DNA of 64,000 nucleotides, taken from IMG/VR virus record IMGVR_UViG_3300009688_000445. One strand, written 5' to 3'. A program made the position numbers and the translations under genes. How positions within the stretch are numbered: the first letter of the stretch is position 1; each line of letters opens with the position of its first letter. The notes below the pieces were generated by a model that saw only the letters and a list, made by a program, of their open reading frames with translations, was not told where the DNA came from and ran no database searches. This DNA is from an uncultured virus (IMG/VR IMGVR_UViG_3300009688_000445) (lineage: Duplodnaviria > Heunggongvirae > Uroviricota > Caudoviricetes). Of this stretch, positions 1 through 11,198 are shown piece after piece.

Positions 1-1938
1 AGGATCTGGTTCTAGACTTGCTACTGCTTGTTCTAATGTATAATCACCTTGTCCTAAAACTGATACTGGTCGTTGAACAACATTTACTGGATCTGCCGAA
101 AATCCCCTATAAATCCAGTTAACAGCATATCTATTATTTGTAAGAGTAACTAAATTTGTTCCATTATCGTATTGTGTATTATTATAAGTAGTAGACGTTG
201 TTCTTGTCCACGTACCGCTACTATGATACCAAAGAGCTATATATTGACCTGCTACATTAGATTGCACTTCTGGTAAATCTAAATATGCTGCTCCATACCA
301 AATTCTACCCTCAGTTATATTTACTAGTCTAGTTGCAACTTCAGATAGTATTAACCCACCTTTTTCTACAGTAAACTGTTCTGTTTTTACTAATCTATCA
401 CATAATTTATTAGATAATCCCTTGGCCATTTCATCCCAAAAGATATACAAAATTGTTCCTAATAGATTAAATACACTAAGAACCGGTATTATATCACTTT
501 GATTTATAGCCTCCATATCATCTATTAATTCTAATTGTGGTGAACCAGAATTATAATTAGCTACTATATAATGATTAATACCATCATCTGGTATTGTAAA
601 AGTATCACCAGAAATAGTATACTTATTTAAAGTATTTTCTGTATATGTTGAATCTGAATATAATAGATATTCTCCTTGACCGACTGTTATTATCCCTGTG
701 CTACTACCAACTATAGTTGGTGCTGTGAATACCCCAGAGCTATCATAAAATATATATTCTGGTAATTCTGTTATATGATCAAAAGCAGGGTGTACTACGC
801 CAGTACTACTATTTTTTCCAATTGCGATTCTTCCAATATAAACACAATGATCTCTTAGTACTAAAGGAGGAGTTGGTGGGAGTTCTTGATAAGTTTCATC
901 TGTGTTATAATATTGAATCTGTCCTAATGTGTAAAATACCTGTTTAACATCGCCAATGCTTCTATAAAAGAATCTATTAGAAAATCTATTATCTGTCATT
1001 AAAACAGCATTTGTACCGTTATCATAATATTGATTATCGTAAACAGAAACATTAGTATATGTCCAATTTCCTCCAACATGATTAACTTGAGTTAATAAAT
1101 CTGTACTTGAATTAAATGTAGAAACTACATAAGGTGTAGCAGCTGCATATACAATAGATGCACTGACCAAGATTGTTCTAGCTATAGGAGAAGAACTTTC
1201 AGATAAAATTAACCCACCATCGATACTTCTATTATAAGATTGAGTATTATATAACATTCTATTTATTTTATTTGCAAGACCCATTCCATATGCATCTTCA
1301 TCAACAGAATGTATTACTGAGTCTTGCCTCCAACAAATAAGCAATGTTACAATAGAACTTCCATTTATAAGAGCTTTATTTGTTTCTACTCTCATAATTG
1401 GTGAACCAGAATTATAGTCTGCAACTACATATTCTTCCGATCCTTCTGTAAAAGTAAAAGTATCGCCAGCAATAGTATATTTTGCTGCAGGTTCCACAAA
1501 ATCAGTATTATTGAATAATACTACATCTGTAGATGATATAGTTGCTGTACCATCGCCATTATCTGTCAATACCGGGGTTGTTATTGGTCCAGCATTTCTA
1601 TAATGCTAGTGTCCTGTGGAAGTAAAAAAAGTAGAATTATGCCCTTCTAATTGATGTGAATTATCTACAATACCATCGTTGTTGGTATCGTAAATATACT
1701 TAAACATATCACCCGGAGCACCTGTTTCTGCAGTTATAGCAGACCAAGTTATAGGTGAAATTGCAATAAGCATCCACAAAGAATTGTTATCAGTTTGTCG
1801 TGCTAGTTTTCCAATATCAGTAGAATCGAAACTGATATCAGCTTCTCTAGTAGTTCTAGAACTATATTCAAAAGAATATGGTATATGAATACCACAACTA
1901 GTAGTTAGACTTTCATGATAAATGCTTGTAAGTGCCAT
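1..1938 (-). CDS. Fibre/virion structural protein, partial (runs off left edge), interrupted by one in-frame TAG at 1606-1608
   Basis: The 110-aa ORF 1606..1938 continues in the same frame after TAG (..STGH*HYRNAGPITTPVLTDNGDGTATISS..) with no further stop to base 1. It is Thr/Ser/Gly/Tyr-rich and beta-type, has a GDMxKxxYDTNNDGIVD motif and an HxH motif typical of fibres, and contains two internal repeats of about 280 aa. Confidence 0.65.
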
Positions 1939-1940
1939 AT

Positions 1941-2072
1941 TTATACATACACTATATTTTCATGATTACAAATAATAATACTATTATTTGAGGATAAAAC
2001 AATACGAAGATCTATTTGTTCTTCTTTTCTAATAAGAGAAATTTTAATATTATCTTTCTTAACAATCTTCAT
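1941..2072 (-). CDS. Small hypothetical protein (43 aa)
   Basis: ATG at 2072, MKIVKKDNIKISLIRKEEQIDLRIV...YV*; fills the gap between its neighbours. Confidence 0.4.
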   Translation of the reverse strand: MKIVKKDNIKISLIRKEEQIDLRIVLSSNNSIIICNHENIVYV

Positions 2073-2394
2073 TATTCAGATCTAGAAGTAAAATAAGTTC
2101 TACTGTTGAACTTTGTATAAAATAGATAGTAATATGAAGTATACTTTCTTGTATATATAAACTATCTTTAGAAACTAAAGTTTTAGCTCCTGTAATACTG
2201 GAGGTTAGTACTAATCCGGGTCTAAAAGATACTCAAATATCACCGTCTCCAATATTATCTATTAGAACATTATCAAATTCTTGTTTAATGGGAGAATCAA
2301 AGTAAGATAAAGATCCGTCTGGAAAATTTAATTGAACATAAGATCCAGTAGAACTAGTAACAGAATAAAGTACATTAGATAATCTTCTTTGCAT
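2059..2394 (-). pseudogene. Hypothetical (probably virion) protein of 111 codons with an in-frame TGA at 2233-2235
   Basis: MQRRLSNVLYSVTSSTGSYVQLNF...DNIGDGDI*VSFRPGLVLTSSITGAKTL...; the frame is open on both sides of the single TGA. Confidence 0.5.
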
Positions 2395-2397
2395 GAT

Positions 2398-3430
2398 CTA
2401 TATAACATTTCCATGTAAATTAGAAAAATATTCATCATAAGAAGTATCTAAAAATCTTTTGTTGGTTTTAAATTTATAAAAAGATTCAATGATTCTAATT
2501 ACATTATCCAAATTAGAAAGAATATCTCTTTCCCAGAATCTAAGAACAATGAAGCCTTGTTGTTGAAGATATTGTGTCTGTATTTTATCTTTTAAATCAC
2601 CATTTTAGAACATTAGCTAGTCTAGTTTCAATGGAGGAAATTTTTCTTTGAGAATGACATCCTTTAAGACTATACCTAAGTAATTCTTCACGATGCTCTT
2701 CTGCCCATTTTTTTGATGCAATACTTTTTTCTTGTCTACAGATAATTCCTTCTTCTGTATTATAATACCAATTTTTTATATAATCTCTTGCTTTTTGTTT
2801 AGTTTCTTCAGAATGTTTTTTACCGAAAAAAGGATTATTTTCACCGCTATGATATTTTAAATAACATTCTCGACATATGGTATATTGTATTATTTTAATT
2901 TCCTTAGTTAATCTATTCTCGATACTCCTAGTAATTAAATTTTCTGTAGTTCCACAATATTTACAAGTTTTAGGAAGTTTTGATTCTTCTTGTCTTTTTA
3001 AAAAATCTTCATAATCGAGGCCACGAGATTCTATTTGTTTTCTTTTATTTTCTGGATCTTCAAGCCATTTTAAACTTGCTTCTTTAAGTTTCTGTTTTGT
3101 TTCTTCTGATTTAGACTTCCCCTTAGTTCTTTCACTTATTTGTTTACCAAAACAAGTATTACAGACATTTTGAATTACTGTTTTGGTTTCTTCCATAAAT
3201 TGATTTTTTATAGTTATTGTTTTTAAATCTTCTGTAGTTCCACAATATTTGCAATACTTAATAGTAAAAGATTCTGCTTTATATCCATTAAGTTGTTTTT
3301 GTCTCCATTCTTTAGAATTATTGACATAACAATCCTGACAGATGTTACATACGTATGTTTTTCCTTTTATGGTAGTAGTGTGCAAATTTTCTATTGTTCC
3401 ACACTTTTTACATTTTTTGACTTTAATCAT
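2398..3430 (-). pseudogene. Free-standing homing endonuclease (Zn ribbons, NUMOD3, DUF559/Vsr-like C-terminus) with frameshift and apparent deletion of the catalytic core
   Basis: ORF 2597..3430 has three CxxCGTxExL..CxxC repeats and a NUMOD3 motif (GENNPFFGKKHSEETKQK). The DUF559 tail (DKIQTQYLQQQGFIVLRFWERDI) continues in another frame to a TAG at 2398. The usual D..IExDGxxH segment is absent. Confidence 0.65.
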
Positions 3431-3475
3431 ACTATCTTCCTTTTCATTTCATATATTATTATATATAATAGTACA

Positions 3476-4403
3476 TTAAAGTGGTGTATTGCTTCTAATG
3501 TTAAATCCTAACATTGAGGTTAATGGAATAGTACCACTATGTTCTATCATACCTAAAGCAGAACCGAAAATTCCCCCCGCCGCAAACGGCAAACTTCCTA
3601 AACCAACCCCCGCATGATTTGCGTAGTTCATTTTGGTTAAACCCATTTGTTGGGTATAAGAAGTTAAAAGTCTATCATACCAACTTTGTACATGTCCAAC
3701 TTTATCATAAGTAATAGTAAGTCCTGCGTCGGATGTAGAAAAGTTTAAATCTACTTCTAAAATACCCCAGCTCATTAAAGCTCGAATCATTGCACCTTGT
3801 ACAATTAAATCTACAAAATTATAAGGAACAGCATAACCTGTACTTCTTAAATAAGGATTATTTATTCTATCAGTATCTGCTGTAGTAAATTCCCAATAAA
3901 AACTTGTTACAGGAGGATAAAAGTTAATTTCTATTAATGAACCTTCTATATATCGCATAAGTTCGCTAATAGCGAATTTCTTATAATATCCTCCTGCAAC
4001 TGATGCAACACCATTATCACCAAATCCATCTACGTCTTCTATAATAGTTCCAGGATTGTAATCTTTTTCTAACTAAATCCAATCTATCAATAACATTCAT
4101 TAAAATTTGATGTTCTTGGCTAGTTAGCATATAAAATAGAAAAGGATTTAATTCACTATAATCTGTAATAGGAGGAGTTAATCTAGGATATAAACAATTA
4201 TTATTTATTACTAAACCCACAGCATCTGTAAGACCAGTAGAAGTATATGTATCAGCTCTCCATACATAGTAATCTCTTAGAGTGGTATAACCTGTAGATG
4301 TATCATATACAATATAGCAACGATAATCATCTTCTGTTAATGTTTCTGTTGTAAAAGTTATACCATCTGATAATTGTTCTACTATATCAAAGTCTAGTAA
4401 CAT
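3476..4403 (-). CDS. Putative neck/head-completion protein, split by a frameshift near 4055-4070
   Basis: ORFs 4017..4403 and 3476..3958 join naturally as ..DLVRKRL/NPGTIIEDVDGFGDNGVASVAGGYYKKFAISELMRYIEG..; located just downstream of the capsid gene. Confidence 0.5.
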
Positions 4404-4424
4404 TGTATAATCCTATTTTAGATC

Positions 4425-5432
4425 TTAAAGATCTTGTTTTTTAGAATAAACAAACATACGAATATCTTTATCATCTACGCCGCTAAGAATATAATCTAAT
4501 TCATCAGCGGTTAGTTTTTCTGTATTGACCCATTGGATAAATTCTACAGGAGAAATACCTTTATGAGGTTGATCAGAATAACTTAGTTGTAATTGTAGAA
4601 GTTTAGCTTCAATTACTGGACGAATCGGTTTTTTAGGTTTTGCTTGACCACTTGCAGCTTTAAGTTCGGACATCACTTTAAACTGTTCAATTTTCTCTTT
4701 GTTTTCTGCTAGAATAGTAATTTCTTTTAAATATTCTTCTGGTGTAAGTCTTTGTAGAAGAACCTTACCATCTCTACTCGACATAGCTACACGAAGTTCT
4801 CTGGATTTTTTAAGTGTTTCTAGATCGTATTGTTCGAGAAGATCAACTATTGCTCCACGAGCAATTTTATTTTCACCAGATACACCGTTTTGTCCTCTAT
4901 CAAGATCGGAGATAACGACATGCCCATTACTTACGTTTTTAACATAATAGGTTTCTTCACCAAATTCATCGAAGAATGATCTAAGTTGAGGTGATAGAGA
5001 TTTTTTAGAATTAAATCCAATATCACCATCTAATCTAGCTTTCATTTCCTGAATTTTTTGTTTTGTAGATTTAGCAGGTGCACCTTGAGTAGTAACAATT
5101 TTATCTTGTACTTCGTCATTGTTATAATCTGTTAATTCTTTTGCTTGCTTCATCTGAGGATATTCTACATATTCTACTTTTTTTGAAGCAGGGATTTCTG
5201 GTTCTTGATCAAAAGAACTGGAATCTTTAATAGGCTGAAAGTTTTTAGTTCTAGTACTCAATTCTTCTAATCTTCTTTTAGCATATTCTTTTTCTGCTTC
5301 TTGTTGTACGGCTAATTTTTCCATAATAGCTTCTGGTGCTATAGGATTGACATTTCTTAGATTCTTATCAAATTGAGGTGCATTCAATTGTGAATCAATG
5401 TCTGGATTGAAGACGTTTTGTTGTTCTTTCAT
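4425..5432 (-). CDS. Hypothetical protein (335 aa) downstream of the major capsid gene
   Basis: Long ORF preceded by AAGGAG. Confidence 0.8.
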   Translation of the reverse strand: MKEQQNVFNPDIDSQLNAPQFDKNLRNVNPIAPEAIMEKLAVQQEAEKEYAKRRLEELSTRTKNFQPIKDSSSFDQEPEIPASKKVEYVEYPQMKQAKELTDYNNDEVQDKIVTTQGAPAKSTKQKIQEMKARLDGDIGFNSKKSLSPQLRSFFDEFGEETYYVKNVSNGHVVISDLDRGQNGVSGENKIARGAIVDLLEQYDLETLKKSRELRVAMSSRDGKVLLQRLTPEEYLKEITILAENKEKIEQFKVMSELKAASGQAKPKKPIRPVIEAKLLQLQLSYSDQPHKGISPVEFIQWVNTEKLTADELDYILSGVDDKDIRMFVYSKKQDL

Positions 5433-5508
5433 TTCATTTAAACTCCTTACCCTTCTGGGTATATAATTTTACAAAAAATATAGAAAGTTTTAATAGTATT
5501 TTAAGTAT

Positions 5509-5541
5509 AAAAAAATAGGATGCTCTTTTGGAGCATCCTAT
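5509..5541 (-). terminator. Rho-independent terminator after the major capsid gene
   Basis: 11-bp perfect stem ATAGGATGCTC/GAGCATCCTAT with a 5-nt loop, followed by a T run on the minus strand. Confidence 0.85.
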
Positions 5542-5570
5542 CATTGAAGAGTATATATTGCTAAAAAATC

Positions 5571-6761
5571 TTACGCTGTCATCCAAGTTGGGACGGTAGC
5601 GCTGGATTTCATTGCAACAGCAACTGCTCTTGGGTTAAGAACGATCTGGCTAATTTGTTCTAGGAATAACCAACCATAGGAGGGATATCCAAATACGAAC
5701 TGATCAGCTGGGAATACGCTTAACTCAACGCGGACTGGCATTGCACCAAGGTAACGGCCTTCAGTTACTGCAAAAATCATACCAGCAGGAACGGAAACGC
5801 TTTCAATACCGGCTTCGTCAACACCAGCAGTTACGTAAACATTGACTCCCCAAATTGAACCAAAAATACCAGTTAGAAGTAGATCTCTTGAAGTAATAGG
5901 ATCGAAATCTATAGCATTGATATTTTTCTTCAAATCGCCTAATTCAGCACGATTCATGAGGAACTTGTCTACTTGTAATCTCCAACGCTCAACTTCATAT
6001 TGGAGAGTTTCTAGAGCAGACTTTGAAACTGTTCCAGTTATATTAACAACATCGTTGTTTAGAGTAGAAGCTGCATAGAGCTCTTTTAAGCCCTGGCGGT
6101 CTTCTTTTAACATAATCTGGAATGTAGTTTTGTCATGAGTACGCTCAACAACATCAAATTGTCTTTGAGCAATCTCAGACACAGTGATCTTAGGTAGTGC
6201 AGTTACGAGAAATTCGGGTGGGAATACTCTCTGGCCGCGTACTTGAGATCCAATTGTTTGACCATCTTCGTTAGTTACAAGAGCAACTACGTTAATATCT
6301 TTTTCGTACGAGTTAACCTGGCCTTGAGCTAAGTTATGTGTACGGAATACCTGACGAATAAATCCTTCATAGTCTAGACGATCTAGAACAAGAGGAATCA
6401 TCTCTGCACCAAAGCGAAGTCTTTCTTCAGGAAGTCCAGAAAGAGCAGCTTGGATGATTTGTTGTTTTTCTTCTGGTGTATAGTATGCCTTGTCGTGGGC
6501 AACACGTTTTTCTCTTAGTGCAGCAAAATGCTGTAATTGAGTTAGTGCATCTTTCTTGTCATAAGCTCTTAGTTGACCTTGGTCATCGAAAAGTCTGCTT
6601 GAACCTTTTTGTGCTCTACCATCAGAGGATACGCCACCATATCCTTTGGGTTCTAATAGTTCTTCACTATAAAGTCTGCTTGCTACTTTCTTGGTTTTTT
6701 CTTCAGCGGTTTTATTCATAACTTCTTTCTTTTCCAAACCTTCATTCCATATATTTGCCAT
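5571..6761 (-). CDS. Major capsid protein (HK97 fold)
   Basis: 396 aa; last gene of the protease-scaffold-decoration-capsid order; strong RBS (GGGAGG), biased codons and a terminator. The pattern RLDYEGFIRQ..LAQG..YEKD..PPEF..PKI..EDR recalls Bxz1-like large-phage capsid proteins (recognised from memory). Confidence 0.85.
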   Translation of the reverse strand: MANIWNEGLEKKEVMNKTAEEKTKKVASRLYSEELLEPKGYGGVSSDGRAQKGSSRLFDDQGQLRAYDKKDALTQLQHFAALREKRVAHDKAYYTPEEKQQIIQAALSGLPEERLRFGAEMIPLVLDRLDYEGFIRQVFRTHNLAQGQVNSYEKDINVVALVTNEDGQTIGSQVRGQRVFPPEFLVTALPKITVSEIAQRQFDVVERTHDKTTFQIMLKEDRQGLKELYAASTLNNDVVNITGTVSKSALETLQYEVERWRLQVDKFLMNRAELGDLKKNINAIDFDPITSRDLLLTGIFGSIWGVNVYVTAGVDEAGIESVSVPAGMIFAVTEGRYLGAMPVRVELSVFPADQFVFGYPSYGWLFLEQISQIVLNPRAVAVAMKSSATVPTWMTA

Positions 6762-6780
6762 GGTTTAATTCCTCCCTACC

Positions 6781-7515
6781 TTATACCAAATCTAGTTTTA
6801 TATAAAGTTCGGGATCGTCGGCAGTTGGAACTTTAGTAATAAAACCTATTGCTGAAGAACCGCTAGTAGCAGTAAAATAACCAGAACTGTTATAATAAAT
6901 AGAACCATTAAGAGCATAAGCTGTGGCTGATGTAGTATCGTACTGTAGAGTAGCGATCTCACCGAAATCTTCTAATAGAGCTGCTTTGCCTGACCCAAGA
7001 GTTTGATTAATACCAGAAAGGTTAATATCTTTATACATATAAGTTACATATACAGTAGCAGTTGCACCAATACCGACTAGAGTATTTGTAATTGCGCCGC
7101 TTGTAACATCGATAGTAAAATCTGTAGTTTCGGTATATCTGCTTGCAGTAGCAGTGTCGGCTGCATTGCAAACAACATATGAACTAGCTTTTACATATGG
7201 ATTTACATAGATAACATTGGGAGTGGCTGCGTTCTCACCAAATGTGTGTTCTTCTGCATAAGCTGAACGATAAAAAGTAGTAGTGTTATCAGTAAAGAAA
7301 ACGCCTATAACTTTATCGCCTGTGCTATTTACAGTTTCAACAACTACTTTACCGTTTGAATCGGTAGCTAGAGTTGCTAATTGACCTGCTACGAAAGTAG
7401 CAGTTGGGGATACATCTCTCCAACCAGTTACTGGCATATTAGAAAGGCGTCTTACACCTGTTCCATTGTTAATACCAGTTCTTCCTATTGGAGGTAGTAC
7501 ACTAAAATCTGACAT
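6781..7515 (-). CDS. Putative head decoration/cement protein
   Basis: 244 aa, Thr/Gly-rich beta protein directly upstream of the capsid gene; ends with IGFITKVPTADDPEL. Confidence 0.6.
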   Translation of the reverse strand: MSDFSVLPPIGRTGINNGTGVRRLSNMPVTGWRDVSPTATFVAGQLATLATDSNGKVVVETVNSTGDKVIGVFFTDNTTTFYRSAYAEEHTFGENAATPNVIYVNPYVKASSYVVCNAADTATASRYTETTDFTIDVTSGAITNTLVGIGATATVYVTYMYKDINLSGINQTLGSGKAALLEDFGEIATLQYDTTSATAYALNGSIYYNSSGYFTATSGSSAIGFITKVPTADDPELYIKLDLV

Positions 7516-7533
7516 TATACATTTCTCCTATAA

Positions 7534-9663
7534 TTACTTTCCTGATCTCTGTTCTGCGTAAGCATTACGCCAGAAATCGCGATAAGTTGTGTCACTTTGT
7601 TTGGTGACTTGAGATCCACGGAGAGCGACTGAACCTTTTTCGCTCGCAGTTTTTACTTGCGGTTTAGTTTCTTCAGCTTCTTTTACAGAAGCGTTGAATT
7701 CACCGGAGTATTTCTTTGTAAAAGATGCTACTTTAATAAACTCGTCAATGTTTTGTTTTGCGAGATGATTAAAAGCTTCTGATATAACTTCTTCTTGAGC
7801 TTTTTGATATCCATCTAAGAATGAGTTATGTGCAATAGCTTCTGCAGCTTCTTTTACTATACCAGCTTCTACCATATTTTTAACCATTGCTTCTTTTAAA
7901 GGATTAGAAATAAGATCCTTTAACTGTTGTACTGAAGCAACTTCCATTGCAAGCTTAATTTTAGCAACAGCTTCTTCTACTTCTTGAGCTGTTTTAGTAT
8001 TAGCTTGCTTTATTGTAATCATTTGTTCTTCTGCAGCTTTATTTGCAGGTTTAGAAATCTCCATTCCAGGATCCTTAGGTTGATTTCCGCCTTTCTCTCT
8101 TCCCTGACCTAGGAATTTCTCTTTTTTATCTTTAGTCATTTCTCCAGATTTCATATCTGAATCAATTTCTGTTTTTTGTTTTCCTGCCATTTCAGCATTA
8201 ATATCTGAAAATTGGTATTCTTTAGGCTGCTTGAAAGGATATAGATTAGCTTTTCTAGCTTCAGCTAGTTTTGTCATTCTTTCTTTAATTTTCTCTAGAA
8301 TTTCTTCTTTAGCTTCTTTTTTACCCATTGTAGCTTTCATTGGATCTCCGCCTTCTCCTTTTCCTTGTTCAGGCTCACCTGCTTGAGCAGAAGAAACATT
8401 TACTTTTTTACCACCAGCAGCCGCATCCATAGCCATCTTTTCTGCTTTTTCTTCTACTGGTTCTTCTTTTTCTTCTTTCTCTTCTTTCTTTTCAAAAGGT
8501 TTGAGACCTTCTTCTTTCTTTTCTTCTTTAGGCTTTCCAATACCGGAAAGCATATCTTTTCCTTTTCCTATTTCGTCTTTTGCTTTGCCAATCATAGCAT
8601 CGCTTTTAATAGCAGAATCTGCATCAAGTTTGCTTGAACCTCTTTCATCAAGAAACTTTTTAAGAACGTCAGTTAGCATTTTTAATGCATCTTTCAAATC
8701 GCCTTCTTTAGATCCCATTGCAAGAGGATCAGTTTCTGGCATTTCTTCTTCCATTCCTTTACCTAAACCTAGACCCATTCCTAATGAATCTAGACCGGCT
8801 TTTTTAATTACTGCATCTGCATAGGCTTTTCTTGCTTGAGAAGCGCTATCTATAGCATAAGATAGTTGATTTAGAGAATCTGTAATGTTAGTAACAGATT
8901 CTAGCTTTCCGCTGTTTACAAGAATTTCTTCTTTTGACATAATATAAGTACTCCTAACACTATTTGTTTTACCTATACTAGCTGCTTTAGGTGACTGCAT
9001 CTGTGGTTGTATATTAGGCGCATGCATTGGTTGCATTTGAACAGGTGCATTTTTAGGAGTAGCAGGTGCACTTGCTTGGCCACCAATTGGCGCTTTTGCC
9101 ATAGACGGAGCACTTGGCATTGGCATAGGCGGTGTTAATGGTTTTTGATTTACATCACTTGTTGTATCAGATTTTTTACGACCTTCTAAGAGATCTTGAA
9201 AATATTGTATTATACCTTTTTCGTCTCTAGACGGTAAAAGTTCTTTTAGGCGATCTACACGCCATCCTTTTTCATCTACTAGTTTTCGTATTAAAATATC
9301 TAAACCAAGATCTTCTAAAGATATAATATCTTCAGAGTCTTCTAGTTTTTCTAGAATTAAAATATCTTTTATATCCTGTTCTAATCTTTTTTCAGAGCGT
9401 TCATCTAATAATTGCTCAGGTGTTTTTACTGGCATTGGAGCAGCAGGACCTTTTGCTGCAGGTGGTACTCCACCACCTCCGCCGCCACCGATAGGAGGTA
9501 TTGCCCCTCCACCACCCGGCAATGGTGGTCTACCAGTACCGGCAACTCCCTTTGCATCTACATTAGTACCACCCATACCAACAGGTGTATGATCTTGAGG
9601 CATTTTATCAGGACTTAGACTTCCTTCGCCTTCTGTTGGTGTAATGGGTAATGGTTCTGCCAT
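7534..9663 (-). CDS. Putative capsid scaffolding protein
   Basis: 709 aa with Pro/Gly-rich low-complexity and Lys/Glu-rich coiled segments; lies between protease and capsid genes. Confidence 0.6.
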   Translation of the reverse strand: MAEPLPITPTEGEGSLSPDKMPQDHTPVGMGGTNVDAKGVAGTGRPPLPGGGGAIPPIGGGGGGGVPPAAKGPAAPMPVKTPEQLLDERSEKRLEQDIKDILILEKLEDSEDIISLEDLGLDILIRKLVDEKGWRVDRLKELLPSRDEKGIIQYFQDLLEGRKKSDTTSDVNQKPLTPPMPMPSAPSMAKAPIGGQASAPATPKNAPVQMQPMHAPNIQPQMQSPKAASIGKTNSVRSTYIMSKEEILVNSGKLESVTNITDSLNQLSYAIDSASQARKAYADAVIKKAGLDSLGMGLGLGKGMEEEMPETDPLAMGSKEGDLKDALKMLTDVLKKFLDERGSSKLDADSAIKSDAMIGKAKDEIGKGKDMLSGIGKPKEEKKEEGLKPFEKKEEKEEKEEPVEEKAEKMAMDAAAGGKKVNVSSAQAGEPEQGKGEGGDPMKATMGKKEAKEEILEKIKERMTKLAEARKANLYPFKQPKEYQFSDINAEMAGKQKTEIDSDMKSGEMTKDKKEKFLGQGREKGGNQPKDPGMEISKPANKAAEEQMITIKQANTKTAQEVEEAVAKIKLAMEVASVQQLKDLISNPLKEAMVKNMVEAGIVKEAAEAIAHNSFLDGYQKAQEEVISEAFNHLAKQNIDEFIKVASFTKKYSGEFNASVKEAEETKPQVKTASEKGSVALRGSQVTKQSDTTYRDFWRNAYAEQRSGK

Positions 9664-9744
9664 TTATATGCCTATAGGTGTTCTAACTTGTAAAAATAGA
9701 AAAACGACCATATTTTTTAAGTTAAAAAAATCAAATTTTCTGGT

Positions 9745-11193
9745 CTATTCTTTGAGAATATCTAAAAGTGTTCTGTTTTCTTGAGTAGGTACAGAAGATT
9801 CCTGATCAACAAGAGGAATTTTTTGTGACGCTATCTCGGTAGATTCAGGTATAGGTGCATTATCTTCTTGTTCTTTAATTATAGATGGTTCTTCAGATTC
9901 ACCTTCATTAATAATAATAGTAGTTGCTTTTCTATAATTATCAATTACAGAGTTAAAAGCATACTTATGAATTTCTTCTTTTCTAGAAGTTTTGATATAA
10001 CCTTCTATGCTATTTAATACATAAGATTTTAAAATAGGATTCATATCTTGATTAATTACTAATGGATTAACTTTCTTTTGCCATTCACTATAGACTTTAT
10101 TTAATGTATTTATTCCCTTATAATTCTTTAGATATTTCCAAAAATCATCTGCTGCATATCTAAACATTTCTTCTAAATCATCTAGATACTGTTCAGAACT
10201 TAGTTTAGAAAGAAGAGTTTCTGCTTCATTTTTATTTTCTTTTTTAGCAATATTTTCGATAAGATCATCTGCATTTTCTGTGTTTTCTAAAGTATTTTTA
10301 ATAGATAAGGATTCCTTATCAGTATTTATTTTAGAAACAAGCTTATCTTCTTCTATTCCAGCAGTTTTAAATAAAACATTCCATCCAGGAAGACCAGAAT
10401 CTTTAAAGATATGTTTTAATGATTCTACTACTTCGTCTAGATTAAATGTTGTATGACTTGGATCTTCTGCATTAATAATATCTTTTATTTTAGAGAAATA
10501 CTTAGAAATTACATTTTCAGGATTTTCGCCTGGTGCATATGCTTTTTTCTCTGTATGTACAGATGCCTGAACATTAGATTGTTGTGTCATCCTAGAATCA
10601 GGAGTTACATTAGTAGGATCTGAGAAATATTCTACAAGCTCATTCTTAATAAATTCTATTAATTGTTCATTAGAAGTAATTTCTTCACCAGAATTATCTA
10701 ATTGTATTGAAGGTGATTTAGGTTGTGTTGATTGCATTGCAGGATCTAATGCAATTTTTTCTTTTCTTGGGATTTTGGGATCTTCTAAAGATGCAACTAA
10801 ATTGTTTATTTTAGCTGCTTTTTCATAAAGAATTTGATCAATATCCATTTTTATTTCTCCTTGTGAAGATCCTTGATGTTGAAAACCTTGACCACCTGGT
10901 GATTTATAAGTAACATGAAGCTTTAATTCTTCTTCAAATGCTTTATTAGTATTATATCTAGATTTCTGTTCTTTAACAAGTTCCATAACCTGTTTTTTGG
11001 TTTGAACAAATCTTTCATCTACTTTTTGACCATAATCAAATATTTCTACAATATATCCTTGTCCAAATTCTGAACCAGGAGCTACTTTCATAACATGAAT
11101 ATCTGTTCCTTGTCCAGTAGAATGAGGATTTGCAGCTGATTTAATAGGTTTGATTACTAAATACGTATCTGCACTTATTTTTATAGTAAACAT
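9745..11193 (-). CDS. Hypothetical head-module protein (482 aa)
   Basis: Long ORF in the head operon with many KxA motifs. Confidence 0.75.
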   Translation of the reverse strand: MFTIKISADTYLVIKPIKSAANPHSTGQGTDIHVMKVAPGSEFGQGYIVEIFDYGQKVDERFVQTKKQVMELVKEQKSRYNTNKAFEEELKLHVTYKSPGGQGFQHQGSSQGEIKMDIDQILYEKAAKINNLVASLEDPKIPRKEKIALDPAMQSTQPKSPSIQLDNSGEEITSNEQLIEFIKNELVEYFSDPTNVTPDSRMTQQSNVQASVHTEKKAYAPGENPENVISKYFSKIKDIINAEDPSHTTFNLDEVVESLKHIFKDSGLPGWNVLFKTAGIEEDKLVSKINTDKESLSIKNTLENTENADDLIENIAKKENKNEAETLLSKLSSEQYLDDLEEMFRYAADDFWKYLKNYKGINTLNKVYSEWQKKVNPLVINQDMNPILKSYVLNSIEGYIKTSRKEEIHKYAFNSVIDNYRKATTIIINEGESEEPSIIKEQEDNAPIPESTEIASQKIPLVDQESSVPTQENRTLLDILKE

Positions 11194-11198
11194 ATTTA

